Origin: Blasia pusilla
Taxonomy: Eukaryota
Assembly: GCA_050084515.1 (NCBI GenBank)
Contig: CM114271.1
Coordinates: 22,816,001-22,880,000 of the forward strand
Direction of reading: 5' to 3'
DNA length: 64,000 nucleotides
The number at the start of each line of letters is the position of its first letter. Position 1 is the first letter of the stretch. The translations under genes and the position numbers were made by a program. Positions 12,874 through 25,629 of the stretch are shown here, in pieces. The notes under the pieces were generated by a model, which was given only the letters and a program-made list of their open reading frames with translations, had not been told where the DNA came from and ran no database searches.

Positions 12874-15800
12874 ATGGTTGGCATGGTGGGGATTTCTCTC
12901 CACCATTCGGCGGTCTTAAGTAGTTCTGACTGCCATTGCTGTGCACGCCTGGCATCAGTCCATTCTCGAGGCGGTTGGGAGGATATTGCGAGTCCAATGG
13001 GTTTTGCTTTTGCCACGAAATTGAAACCTACGTTCGGCAGAACAGAAGAGTATCGCCAGGGGACTCGCAGGTTGAAAAGATTGAAGGGAGATGTCAGCGC
13101 TTCAAGCTTGTGCAGAGGTGCCAGAGTAGAAATATGGGGGATCGGATTTGCACGACTCTATTTTGTTCCAGTCGCTGCCGGCAAGAAAAGATTACAATTC
13201 AGGAGAAATGTATCAGGGAATGACGAACAGGAGCGTGATAGTGATGGAGGAGATAGAGTAACCTTGTACAGACGAGGAGAAATGGGGAGTTGGTCTAGTG
13301 GACGTCAAGATGGTGAAGGCGAGTCCGCAGCGGAGGATTCTGAATTCTTCGGTGAATCTGAACAGAGGTTGCGTCCAGCAGATTCTGCCAATGATCTTGG
13401 AGATGAGAATGCCATTGCTGCTGCAGCCAAAGCAAGCACTTCGGCCCTGGAAGCCTCCACGGATGCCCTCCTGGGGGAAGCTGAAGTTTCCGCTAGAAGA
13501 AATCGGAATCCGAATCCCACCAGCACATCCAATACTGTTGACTACGGAACACAACCCCGCACGAGAGACCAAGATCAGAATTTGGGGTCAAATTCGGGTC
13601 TGCAAGACGAGCGGTTCTTGAGAAGAGTTGCTGCTTCGGAGAATGCTGAAACAGCATTGGCTTTAATCAGTGAGATAAGGGCAAACAGTGGAGGTTTAGT
13701 CACGCCTGGAGAGTGTAAAGACTTAATGCTTGCCGCCATTGCGCAGAACAATGTGGACCTGGCTTTCTCTATCCTCAATGCCATGCGGAGCAGCCTTCTT
13801 CAGCGTCGAGTGGATCGAGAGGAAGGTACGCACAGCTGTTAGTTGTGATCAAGGCTTAGCGTTGAGGCAACACTTTCTGTTTCACACCCTTTGGAGTCTT
13901 TCCAAAACCACTGCTAGCGAATTCTCGATTGAATTTGACGAGCCAAGAGGTGGTAGTGTATCCAGAGACAACTGTACTACAGTATATGAGAAAAACTCAT
14001 TCACCATTTTCAGGTGCCCAATTCTTTCGTTGCGCTAACGAATGGTGCTGACAGAATCGACCCGTCATTGGTCTGTGCATTGTTTGCAAAACTGGGAAGG
14101 AGTGTCTGTTACGCAGAACAGAGGCCTGTGTGTCTGGTCTGTAATTCCACAACTTCAGGGATCAGAGTCTCTGTCTGTGAGAAAGCTTTAAAATCCTGTT
14201 GAAGTCTCTGTGTAGGCGAGGCAGAGGTTGTTGAGTCGTTACAATTGAAACGAATCGGATTCACCTACGTATTCAGTCTAGATAAGAAAGCTGCAGCACC
14301 CTCCATTGCGGAACTAGATCATTGCGGAATTTTTTTCGTTTCCAGCCGTCTACTGTGAAGCAACTTTTGAAATTTGTAAAAATGTCAGTCCAACTTTAAT
14401 TGGAGCAGGTACAGTCGAGGATGGAGAAGAAAGACAGGTTTGGAGATGGCCACAACCTGACGTGACGACATATATCGCACTTGTTAGAGGATTAGTAGGG
14501 TCTCTGCGTGTCTCAGATGCTATTCAGACAGTTGGAGACGTCCGACGCCGAGGAGTTCCTCTAGGCGACGAGGTAATTGACTCAATTTATTTGATTTTCA
14601 CGATGTGTCACGGTGGATCGTAAGATAGACAACAAATCTTTTCCTCTAGCCAGATTTTTTATTTTAACCCCCCGTTGGTAGGACAAGTTTGCGGTGGATG
14701 TGGAAGAACCCATTGCTAGCCCTGCTGCTAATTGTCCTCTTCGATTATTATACATCTCAGGTTCCGTTCGGCAAAGTCGTGACTTGTCCCACCTGCATGA
14801 CATCACTGGCCGTTGTGCAGCCCCAACATGGACTTCAGGTTTCTCTTCCTTCTCTGCAATTAAAATCTGTGATGGTGCAGGTATCTGAAGTTCTTTCTAG
14901 TTTTGAACAGCTATTGATGTGTAGAGCTACGTCTAGTCATTATACGTCACTGAAAGCCTCAACTATGCTTATCATGCAGCTGGTGCCATGCTCTTCTTGC
15001 CGCTATCAGTACGAACTCATGTCTGGAGTCATTGTGAGCTCCGAGTCAGAATCCATCAGGTTTCAATCCCTTCCCACTTTCTTAACTTGTGGAGATGAGG
15101 ATTTGTCTGCTTTCTTTTTCAAAAAACCCTTGGACACTGCTCCTGTTGTTCTTACAATAACAGAATAGCGAGTTGTACTAGTTTTCACTCTTCAGAGATC
15201 ATTAAGGTTCAGTGAGGCGCGTGATAGAGTGGGTGCTGCAGGTGAAGGGAAATCACCCAAGGATGTAAATTTGTAATGAAGGACTTAGGTGCAGATGATG
15301 GAATAACAGGGATTGCAGTTATGATGATCTTTTTCACTGTTAAGGCAAAACTGAATATCCCATGCAGCCCAGGTCTACAAATGATGTGCTTATGATCTCT
15401 ACTTTCATGTGGTGGAGCCCTCCCAGATACACAAACACCAAGGTTCACATATTTGTGCCTGTGATTTATTTTCCAGTGCGGACATTTCCATTTTCCGAAA
15501 AGGGCTACAAGTGCTGCCATTTTTCAAGCGCCCCATTCCTGCAGCAGTACACTCTATTGTGGTGTGTTCCTCTCTTCTGCCGACGACTTGTGAGACTAGT
15601 TTTACAGACTAGTCCTCTCCAAAGTTGCAATTATTTTAGCACTATCCATGAACATTCATTTGAAACAAAGGTTACTGGCCTCCGTAATTTTGTCGAAGAA
15701 CTTTGAAATTTCTGTGAATCATGCTCGTCATCACAATGATTTGGCTACTACTACTACAGGTACAAGCACCTGATGGGCTGGCCCGGACACACAGGTTTGC

Positions 15801-17955
15801 CACCGAATCTGCCGACGTCCCTGCTCAGGAAGGAGAACGAATAACTATTGCCTTGGCATCCCCAGAAAATGCTGCCCGTGGAGTAGGGCCCATACGCTTG
15901 AATGCTCGGACCCCTGGTTGGCAACCGAGTGAGGCAATGGCAATTTTCAACCATGCAACAGGACGAGTCGCAAGTCTCATCAGGGCCCCTCCTAAAGCAG
16001 GCAGTGGGGCTCTACTTGATACATCTGCAATTCTTCCTGTGGCTCTCTTATTAGCAAGCACTGATGCAGCATCAGGGTTCATAGATCCTACTTTACCTCG
16101 CCTCATTGCTGTGGGAGCTGCAGCAGCTGTTGCCCTGGGAGGGGTTACAAACACTTTTCTGCTACCTCGCTTGAATCAGGTGATAATTCACAAGTTCCTC
16201 CTTCGTAGTGGTTGAAATGCGAAGGAGAAGTCTTGTCTATCTCTCAGTTTTCCCCTTAGTAAGTACTTGCTAATAGCAGGAGGAGGGAAGTGCAGGCAAA
16301 TCTCTACTAAGCATACTATCCTATCCTGTCAGAGATGTGTACACTTTCCCTTTACTGCAAAGACCAAGACCTTCATGCCCAGTACCGGCTATTCCAGCGT
16401 AGCTTTCGTGTAAGTGGATAATCAGGTCTGGATAGTTCGAGAGTTTGCCCATTTGGATCCATCTAATTTTCTGCCTGTATAATCGGTGTTTGCTCAGCTT
16501 CCTCAAAGGACTGTAGACGCGATTGCACTCCGCCAGAGATTACTTGCCCAGCATGAACAACTACAAAAAAGACTGCATGAGCTAACTCAGGCCACTGCTG
16601 ATGAGGTACTTGCCTCTGCTAGCCCGATCTGGATTGACTTTGTCTAAAACGGACTTCATGGTTGGTTTTAGCATTTGGGGGAGAAATAGTGTGCAGACGC
16701 GAAAAGGTTGTGTGTTCAGTAGCTGATTTCTGAAAGTAAATAAACAGATCAGGACACTGAAAGATATGATAATGCAGGATGAAGAATGCATGCGAGGTGA
16801 AATTGCTTGTTCTTTTCATATCAAAGCGTCATTGTGTTGAAAGGTGAAAAATGCCCGGGTGGAATGTATACCCTTCTTACATTTCCTGTCACCTTTTCAA
16901 GGTTCGAATGCTGGCTAGGATGTGTCAACTTCAAAACAAAATGGAAGCTGTGGACGAGGCGTCGTATAGGTAGAGCATTTGGTTTCTATCCCAGCTCCTC
17001 ACAATCCTGATTCAATGATGCTTTCGAGGCCATCATCTCTCCAAGTAGATTTATACTGCTTCTCATATTGGCAGTACCTGTTTCTTTAACTGGCGAGGAG
17101 CTTTCCAATGGCTGCAGTCCACGTGTGGGTTGTTGGTTGCAATTTAGGGTTCAATTGCAATTCACCGCTTACCGCTTAAACAATTTGGCATTCATGTGCA
17201 GCGCACGAATAGACCGAGTGAATAAAGCTCGACAAGGACTCGATGAACGGCTAGCTGCAAGACTTGAATTAATCGACAGCTATGCCAAGGTGACAGATGA
17301 TTTAATTGTCTTATTTTCTAATTTACTATCGTTATTCAGATTGTTCTGAGGAGCAATTTAATGGAGAGATGAGGGGCTGGACCATGGACTGTGTGAGTGG
17401 TCTAATCCCTAATCCCTGGATCAGAGGAGACAGTGACTGAAGTGTGCTTGGTTTGCTCGGCTCCCTACAGGTAGCATCGATGATTGAGATCGAGGTAGAA
17501 ATGGATGCTGATGTGCTTGCAGCTGAGGCTGCAAATCCTGAAGTAAGCTGTTTGCATCACTTACTGATCACTCAACCGATTGCTAGGTGTCTTGATAAGG
17601 TGATGAGCAAGAGTAGTTTGTAATGCAGGACCAGCGCTGTACTCGGAAGATTTTTTGTTCCGCTGTTGAATCAAACAACCGCTTACCTGTCTTCACTCTT
17701 TTGATGTCATGGCAGGCAACTATTGCTGAGCAGATTGAGCGGTTGATGGAAGTAGAAAGTCTTCAAAAGGTATTCCTTCTTTGATACAATTTACCATTTT
17801 ACGTTCACTCAAGGTGAAAGAAATACCACTGGCAGTGACTTACTTCTGGTGGTTGCGGATGATTATGCCTCCAGGAATGGAGAAATCAAGCAGAGGCTAA
17901 TGATGAAGTTGAAAGGCTACTTCGCTCAGCACCTCTACTTCCAGATTCGGCTTGA
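12874..17955 (+). CDS. At1g64430-like uncharacterised protein (PPR-like motif, CxxC..CxxC Zn ribbon, hydrophobic segments, C-terminal coiled coil), ~749 aa
   Basis: Twelve GT-AG exons join in frame (2250 nt): 12874-13825, 14409-14572, 14761-14838, 14980-15059, 15477-15561, 15760-16179, 16498-16605, 16902-16969, 17202-17289, 17471-17542, 17716-17769, 17875-17955. Motifs: WPQPDVTTYIALVRGL, VPFGKVVTCPTC, CSSCRYQYEL, PAAVHSIVVQAPDGLARTHRFATE, SMIEIEVEMDADVLAAE, QAEANDEVERLL. The start ATG is uncertain (12874, 12883 or 12997). Confidence 0.8.
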
Positions 17956-18658
17956 GCAACGGAGAACCAATTACGAACATCTTATTTTCGTGGACCCACC
18001 ATCTTCCAATTCCACACGAAGTTGTATTATCTATCAGTGTACAGATTTGACCATTCGCCAGTCCAGCTCGCATGATCATAGCCATCATAACCAGCAAAAT
18101 AGAAAATGCATGTGCTTGATATATTACCACCACCAAAGAGGAAACATCTCTCTACTTTATTTGTAGTGTCTTTGGTGGCAGAAGGTCGGGGGTAAACACG
18201 ATACGAGTGCTCGTACGTGTTAAATCTTGAAATAACCTCAAGGATTGGAAACACTGATTATTCAACTTCTAAAATCCTACTAGTGCAGACGACGCTACCA
18301 ATGTCTCGATTCTGCATATCACTTTCAACCACAGCCAAAACTAGCAATATTTTGCACTTTCCTTCCATTTTGACTGCAGTGTGTTCACAGGCCTCTCAGA
18401 TGATCCTAACCCAACTGCGATTCCCTCATGCCTCGTCTTCGAAACATGGAATTGAATGAATGAACTGATTCAAACTCTCCATGACAAATGAAAAGAACGA
18501 GACCTACTCAGAAACGAAGAAAATTGGGATGGATCTGTTCTTAGTGTACTACTAAACAAATGCTGCCTTGTACTAAACGAAACCTGGCCCCCGTGGTATG
18601 CATATGCCCCAAAAACATGGTATGGATTTTGACGAGAACCTTGCCGGCTTCTTTTGTG

Positions 18659-18704
18659 GGACAGTGGAGGGGGGGAGTGTGAGCACTCCCCCTCTCCACT
18701 GTCC
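18659..18704. repeat. 21-bp inverted repeat (hairpin, 4-nt loop)
   Basis: GGACAGTGGAGGGGGGGAGTG-tgag-CACTCCCCCTCTCCACTGTCC, with a single G:T mismatch. Confidence 0.9.
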
Positions 18705-19107
18705 GTATATTAGATAGTGACATCATGCAAGTGCTCTAAAACTCAAGCATGAAGTAGGTAAATCTGTGAACTAAATGGATTCGGTTGTCATGGCAGAGGA
18801 AGCACCTTCCACACGACGGATCATTTTCCATCTACAGGGTGGCATACCCTTCCAGTCCGACTAGTAGATACTCGTGGGATATAAAGTGGGGTAATTTGAA
18901 ACATCCATCGTTAGCCCAAATCTAACCCCAGCCCATAGTTGACCCCAAATCTATCTTATAGATTGCAAAATGACTCTAACACTGAATTTAAATTATTAGG
19001 ATCCGTATCGAATGTCACAAAAAATGCCATCCAACAAGAGAAGAGTTTCGAGACTAAAAGGGAGTATTAGGGTGTGTGACAGGTACTCATGAAAATGTAT
19101 TCGTCTC

Positions 19108-19170
19108 GCATATTTAGGAGCTTGAAAAGTTGAAAAGGCATATTTAGGAGCTTGAAAAGTTGAAAAGGCA
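19108..19170. repeat. Perfect 30-bp tandem duplication
   Basis: GCATATTTAGGAGCTTGAAAAGTTGAAAAG occurs twice, flanked by a diverged ~35-bp direct repeat (19071-19106 and 19194-19228). Confidence 0.9.
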
Positions 19171-20191
19171 CAATGCAGTTACAATGGGGACCAGGATGTG
19201 TGAGGATACTCATGCAAATATATTCATCTGGCATATAGTTCCAAACTTCCACCATTCGTCTGGAGGCCACAGGATAACAAAGCTGCGTAGCCGAAGTAGA
19301 ACAGCGAACGCCTTTCCTTCATAAACCATCGTGATTCCCACAGCTCGGTGAGCCTCATCACTCAGGTTGTCCAGAGGATTGGGTGAGTCTAGGGGATTGA
19401 AGAAAGAGAGCTCGCAACGCGTACTCACTTCGATTTGTGCGCACTTGTTGAGCTTTCTTATTCTGCTGATGAACTGTGTTATGGTGTTCTTCTGACTTTC
19501 GTGGTGTTGTTTCCACTTCATACTCTCGGCAATCCTGTCGACGAGTGGGCGGGCTATGGTGGGTTTATACATTGTGGCCGGCGTTCCTTCTACTTCCTAC
19601 CCTCCGGTACATGGAATGGCGTCCGCGCCAGTGGAGCAGGTGAACAGGAGGAGCAACGGTCTAGCGCGTCTCCATCGCCTCGGGAAAAGCTGGCGGGTCT
19701 GGACTTTGCATCGGGACTGCCGAATAGCTCGTCTACATTGCCTCGAAGACTGGGCATGTCCGATGTCGTACCGAGGCTGCTAAAGCACTGTGGATCCCAC
19801 GCTTCGGCGTCTTCATCGCCTTGAGAAACGGCGGTGGTACTCGGCGTGTCCCCGGCATCGGGACTGGCTGAGAACCGGGATATTCTTTCCCTGTACATTC
19901 CAAGAGCTGGACACATTTGGTCTCCGGAGTTTATGCACAAGCAATCACAGGGCTACACTTCCCGATAACATTGGGGTGGGGTAAGTATTCCTCTATGAAA
20001 ATCGACGCACTCTAAGAATGACAGATCCTTTGGCGGGTACCCGACAGTAGACGAATGTATTCCCGCACTCCTCTGCGGTGATGGGAACATCCACAAGATC
20101 TGCAGAGAGTGTGCAAATGTAAATGCAGGAAATTCAGATTAACCAGTGGATCTTACCAAGGTACCGCACACAACGTCGTGATGCAGAGAGC

Positions 20192-20363
20192 AGAGACTGC
20201 ACTCTTTCAGTAGTGCCTGTCGTAGACTTGCGACCATAGACCCCGCATCTTGAGGCTGGGATGCGTGTAGAGAGAGAAACAAATGAAGAAGGTTACATAT
20301 GAGAGGAGGGAGACACTCTCATACAGTGTGAGTCCTGATGTGAGTGATGGTGCGGAGCTTCCA
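20192..20363 (-). repeat. ~170-bp dispersed repeat, copy A
   Basis: Aligns end to end with 20517-20703. Its reverse complement matches 30894-30947 and 33242-33403. Confidence 0.8.
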
Positions 20364-20516
20364 AGTGTTAATTAGATGTTCTTTACAACACCATCTACTT
20401 TACCGGATTGGGATCCCCAGTACACATTACTTACCAGTGCAGCAGCTTTGGGCAGTGAATCTAGGCTACTGAATGTGGTAAACAGTTCTGGTGTGACCAG
20501 CTTAGCGTCAGTGCAA

Positions 20517-20703
20517 AGAGAGACTGTACTCATTAAGTAGCGCCTGTCGTGGCCTTGCGACCATCGACCCCGTGCCCTGGTTGGGCGGTGCTTGCGACTG
20601 AGATGGGTGTAGAGAGAGACAACTGAATAAGTTACCATATGAGAGGAGGGCGACATTCTCATATAGTGTGAGTGCTGACCATACCATCGGTGCGGAGCTT
20701 CCA
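20517..20703 (-). repeat. ~185-bp dispersed repeat, copy B
   Basis: Minus strand reads GGAAGCTCC...CTCCTCTCATATGGTA...CATCTCAGTC...ATGGTCGCAAGGCCACGACAGGCGCTACTTAATGAGTACAGTCTCTCT. Confidence 0.8.
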
Positions 20704-20883
20704 CCATAAAGATGAGAGAAAAAATGCAAACACTACACATCATGAGTGAACTGGCATTAGAATTCCAAGGTGTGGGGTGCAATAGGACTTTCTTGATATT
20801 GGTCATTTCCACAATTTGTGGATTGGACCTGGAACTGACATCATCCCCTCTTGTTGTGGAGAGTCTCTTCCTAGCCCAGAAAC

Positions 20884-23800
20884 TTAATGTTGACCGTGCG
20901 GTATTTGGCGGTCATAAGAAGACTGATTAACCATAGCCACAGAGGTCGTGGTTGGTTCTACATTCTCGGCCCGATGAGGGGTATTAGAGGGGTGGCCCGA
21001 TGGAGCTTGCACTCCATGGGTCCCTCCCACACCCAGCATAGGAAAAAGATCAGTTCCAAGTCGTTGTGAGAGATGCAGTCCTGCCCCAGTTGTTGATAAT
21101 CTAGCATTCCCATCGACACTACCACCTCCATCTCTTTTCATCCCGTTCAAACCGTCACTGGGCCCATTGCTGGTACCCCCTGCGGACTCGGGGCCAGGCA
21201 TCATTTGTGATGGGAGAAAGAGGTGATGGAACTGTGTTCCAGGCCACAAAGTCACATTGTTAGACTGACTTCCAAGCCCGCTGGCTTGGCCTGCTACCAC
21301 CCCAGGTCCCATTCTTGCCAAGGTCTCAGCTCCTGCAGAAGCAAGAAGCCCATGTGGTAAGCCTTCCAAACCCATATTGTTTCCTCCTACCTTCTCGGAA
21401 AGGCCCGGATGAACCTCTCCTCCTTGGGATAGTCCTTGAACCATAGCTTGAGTCAAGCCTGCACCAGATGCCGACACCAACTGAGGAGGGAAAAGCCCAT
21501 ATGCTCCAGAACCTCCATTGTTGTTACCCATGAAGGGCCAAAGTCCTGCTGGGAACCCTGGAAATACCGGCGGCCTTCCTGATGCTGCTGCAGCTGCTGC
21601 AGAAGCAGCAAAGGCAGAGAGTGTTGCTGCGGAATTTGATGTTGGTACAGACGAGCCATGATTCTCACCTTCACCACCCTCTGCTGCTTCATGTTCTCTC
21701 TCCCTCTCAAACCCACCTTGCCGTTCCACCAGCTCTGGTGGTCGGGCACCCATCAGCTGAAGCATCTTCAATTGCATTGTGGGATTTAGACCCTCTGTCA
21801 TGCCCGGAAATATACCTACAAATTGCTGTGGGTGACCTTTCAAGTTTGAATGAGCTGTAGTGGGTAACCTCTCATCTTGATTTTTGTCCGAACCTCTACT
21901 TGCTGGTACTCCTTCTTCTGGTCTCATTGTAGTTGGGCCATATAATTGCACTGGCCACATACCAGGATTCAACTCAGAAAAAATCCGTGGATCTACACAC
22001 GGAAAGAACGATGGCCTGAATCCTGATACAGGAGCGGTTGGCATCATATTCACCTTTTTCAAGCCTCCATACTCAGAATCCGCCCTATCTCGCTCTCGTT
22101 CCTTCTCCCTCTCTCTCTCACACCGGTCCCTCTCCATTTCCTTTGATCCATCATGCCGTGGCCTGTCAAGAGCTTCGACACCAGTACTTCCTCCAGAAGC
22201 TGGATTTGGAACAGCAAAGATGTGCATCCCAGATCTCACATCCGACGATGGAGGAGTGGAACCCCGATAGGGAGCGGCAGATACGCGGTCTGTAGCAGAT
22301 CCCACAGAAACAGGAACTCGAACTAAATTAGGTTGAGCAGGAGAGCTTGCTCCTGAGCCCCCTACCGCACTGCTTGTATCTCCAGCCAATCCAGCACTGT
22401 TAGTGCTGACTGTTGAGTTATAAGGAGTTGTTGTCAATGAAGGATCTGATGACCCAGACACACCAGTTGCTGTTGCACGAGCAACATGACCACGCAATGT
22501 TGCTGCAGTCGTCGAAAAAGCTTTCTCCAGAGGAACAGCTGGAGTGTAATCAGGCGGTAAAAGATCATCCAAGTTTTCTAACAGCTCCTTATACACCTTC
22601 CTCAAGGTCACCTGTAATGCCACAATAGCCTTCTCAGGAGATGACCAACACCGGACTTCAAACTGAAGATACTCTAAAGAGCTGAAGTGCAGGTGAACTA
22701 AAATTATAACTTGACAAGCAAACTGGTGTAACAAACCATTCGAAGTCTTGAACCTATTACAATCTACTTACTCAAGTGCATCTGAGGCTCATCTACCCTA
22801 TCAAATGTCTATTAAATGTTACAGGAATTACCGATTGAGATACATGTGACAAAGAAATTAGACGCAGGGAGGTTACTGAACGAGCCAGGTTCCTTTGTTC
22901 AATGGTACAAACCTCTGTGAGACCTGTAGCTTTGCAGATTTCCGTTTGGGTCTTTCGTTTGTCCTCAAGTTGGCAAGATAGATAAATGGCTGCGGCAGAT
23001 ATACTAATCGGATTCCTCCTGGTGCAGAAGCTTTTGTTGATTACCACCTCTCCGATATGTGTTGCAAGATCCTAGTAGACCATACACAGAAGTTTGTCAG
23101 AAAATAGAGGAGCAGACATACAGTACTCTGGCTTATAACTTCACATGGATGATTGTTAGGTCAAAGAACAATAGAACAGGAAGTAGGCCCCCTGTAGGAA
23201 ATTCAAGGTGAGGCTGAGTCATAAGCATCAAGCCATAACCATTCCGCTGATGGACCAAAGTAGATTCCTTAGGTCTGTAGTCTACAATAACAAGCATACC
23301 GATATACCAGAATTGCTCCAATGCATGAGACAAGGCACGTCCACATAACCATCACTTAACAAACAAATTGTCTGCAATCTGGGAAGCAAAATAATCAAAT
23401 GTGCTAAAGAGCCATACGCACATGTTTCTACCTGTGTGGTCTTACTGAGCTGGAGAAGGTTACAAAAGCGTAGCATGTGCACTGAAATGGAGTTGCTGTT
23501 GATGGGTTGACTCAATTTCAACGCATCCGAGAGCACCTTCATATGCTTTACTATCTCTTTCTGTGGAATGTTTGCTGCTTGAGAAATTTCCTGTACATAA
23601 AATAGATATGAAGAATGAGCAAACCTTCTAAACCGACTCTAACAGATCATGAGTAGAGCAGAGACCCACAGACTCAGGTCAAGAACTTAGAAGTTCTGCG
23701 CAAAAGAGTAGAGTGAATGAAGACCTGCAAAGTCCGCGGTTCCTGCGCTTCTCGGATGGCTTGCACAAGTGCAGCCGTTGCAAGTGCCTCAATATTGCGA

Positions 23801-24768
23801 TTCCGAAGGTAGGTTGTTGAAAGGCATTCTCTGAATAGAGATATAGCATGGTCACAACTATCCCTCTCCAAACCAAGCACAGACGACACCTCCAGGATTT
23901 GGAAATACGCCCTAAGAGTGTCCACCATGCTCATGCTCGCCCCGGCCAAATTCATCGATCCTGCTGCCCCACCTGAATAAAGGGAATCAGAGAGAATTCT
24001 CTCAAGCTCTGCCAAGTGGCCGCAGTAACTAGTGTTCGTTGCCGCATACAGAGGAGAAACCTCCAGAGACCATGTTGAGAATGCGGTGATGAATCCAATG
24101 CTCTCGAATGGATCATCTTCCAAAGGAGGAGCACGGTAGCACTCATTCTCACTAAAATCCGGAGTCACTATACACAACGGTGCATCATGTGCACGCTCCA
24201 CGAAAAGCTCCTCAACCTGTGCAACAAATGCCAATTCAGTCCCAGAATCTCATACTGTGCTACACTTTACTCGTTCCCCAATACCCACTCCCCTCAAGAG
24301 AGGCCACGCAGTAAGGTCTACAGAGTCCCAAACGGCCTCCTCGAAGAAATCTAAAGCGTGCGAGAGTAGCCTTCACAGTCGCGAGGGAAAAACGAGTTCC
24401 GACTTGGGGGTTTCCACACCAGACTCGAAAAGCCATCAAATGTGAATGTGATGGGTCACGATCAACTGCCATCATACCAATGACGCGCTAACTTCACCGA
24501 ATAATATAACTTCCTTTCATGAGAAACCTGCTTTGATGCGCACTACGACTAACTGTACAGGAGGGCTCTAGGTAACCATTCGACTCTCTTGACGATGGAA
24601 AGATGCTCAGCTTCTCATGGCGGTGCCAAACGTTTGGGATCATACCTCACTACGACGTTCTTCCACAACACGCCCGCAATTCCGACATTCGGTGAGAAAA
24701 CGACCGCCACCGGCCACTACACAGCGCCCTTCTTTGGCTCCGCAATAGGGACACCATGCATTCGACAT
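20884..24768 (-). CDS. PBRP1: Plant-specific TFIIB-related protein 1 (pBRP), ~886 aa
   Basis: Exons 24768-24646, 24216-23725, 23590-23432, 23071-22913, 22611-20884 (all phase 0, GT-AG, 2661 nt). N-terminal Zn ribbon CPYC...ECRNCGRVVEER; pBRP motifs GFITAFSTWSLE, LRNRNIEALATAALVQAIREAQEPRTLQEIS, FCTRRNPISISAAAIYLSCQLEDKRKTQTEICKATGLTEVTLRKVYKELLEN, DLLPPDYTPAVP. Hidden introns in the last exon cannot be excluded. Confidence 0.92.
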
Positions 24769-24800
24769 CGGCGTTTGTCTAAAGCTTCTAACGCAAGCAC

Positions 24801-25629
24801 CTGCAAGCCTCGGCTTCGTTATCTGCTACTCCGCAAACGATTGCTTATTGTCGTTTTGAGAAGAGCGGTGTTCTTCCGGAAATTCTGCTGCCTCAAACAT
24901 CCACGCCCCACTGGGCAGCTGCTGTCGAAAGGCCTCAGGCGCTTCCAAAACGTCTCACCGTAACGCAGTTGTGTCTGCCCAATTCTTCCGCTCAAAGCGT
25001 GCCCATAGGCGAGGGCTCCGGAGTCCCTCACTGGGGCAGCAAAGACTAAGAAACCACCAAAGCTCTCACGCAACTCGGACCCACCCAGGGAAGAACTAGC
25101 GAGAAGAGCTCAGAAATCCACAGGGATGGAGGGCCGCAATGCCTTCAGGTGACAAATTCACCATGCGTGCAAACAATTCCTCGGCTCAGCTCTGCCGCCC
25201 TCATGAGTGTGCCCCACTCCTTGACCTAACCTCTTCTCACCCAACCCACCGAGGCTAAAACCTACGATGGCACCGCTCGATGTTCCCTTCGCCCTGAGTT
25301 ACGAGCAAACCAGAGACATCAACAGCAAAACCCAACGCTCATCGGGCTCCTCATGCCCTTCCTTCTCCTTCAACACAGGCACTGCGCCAGGGCCTAACTC
25401 CCTCCCACTCAACGCCGTCCAGCACACGACTAGCGAAACGCACTCACAGCGTGACCGCTTGCTTCCCCAGCTTAGGCCTCATGAATTTCTGTCACCTCCG
25501 CCTGCAGCTCCCCCCGCGCGGCAGCGTAGCGGCCTGCCGATAATTGTCGTCCGTCGGCCGCAAGACTTGGAACCAACCAGAATTGCAGCAGACTGCACAC
25601 CCGCCTCCTACAGCAGCAGGTGGGCTTAC
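24801..25629 (-). other. Probable 5'-UTR intron of pBRP
   Basis: Minus-strand donor GT|GTAAGC at 25629 follows a GA-rich leader (25690-25870). Acceptor CTTGCAG at 24801 lies 32 nt before the ATG. Confidence 0.45.

Noticed and set aside
20192..20240. Hammerhead ribozyme in the dispersed repeat (CTGAAAGAG / CTTAATGAG / ATGATGAG resemble CUGAUGAG)
   Set aside because: No copy has an intact CUGANGA core together with GAAA after stem II and a stem III/UH site.
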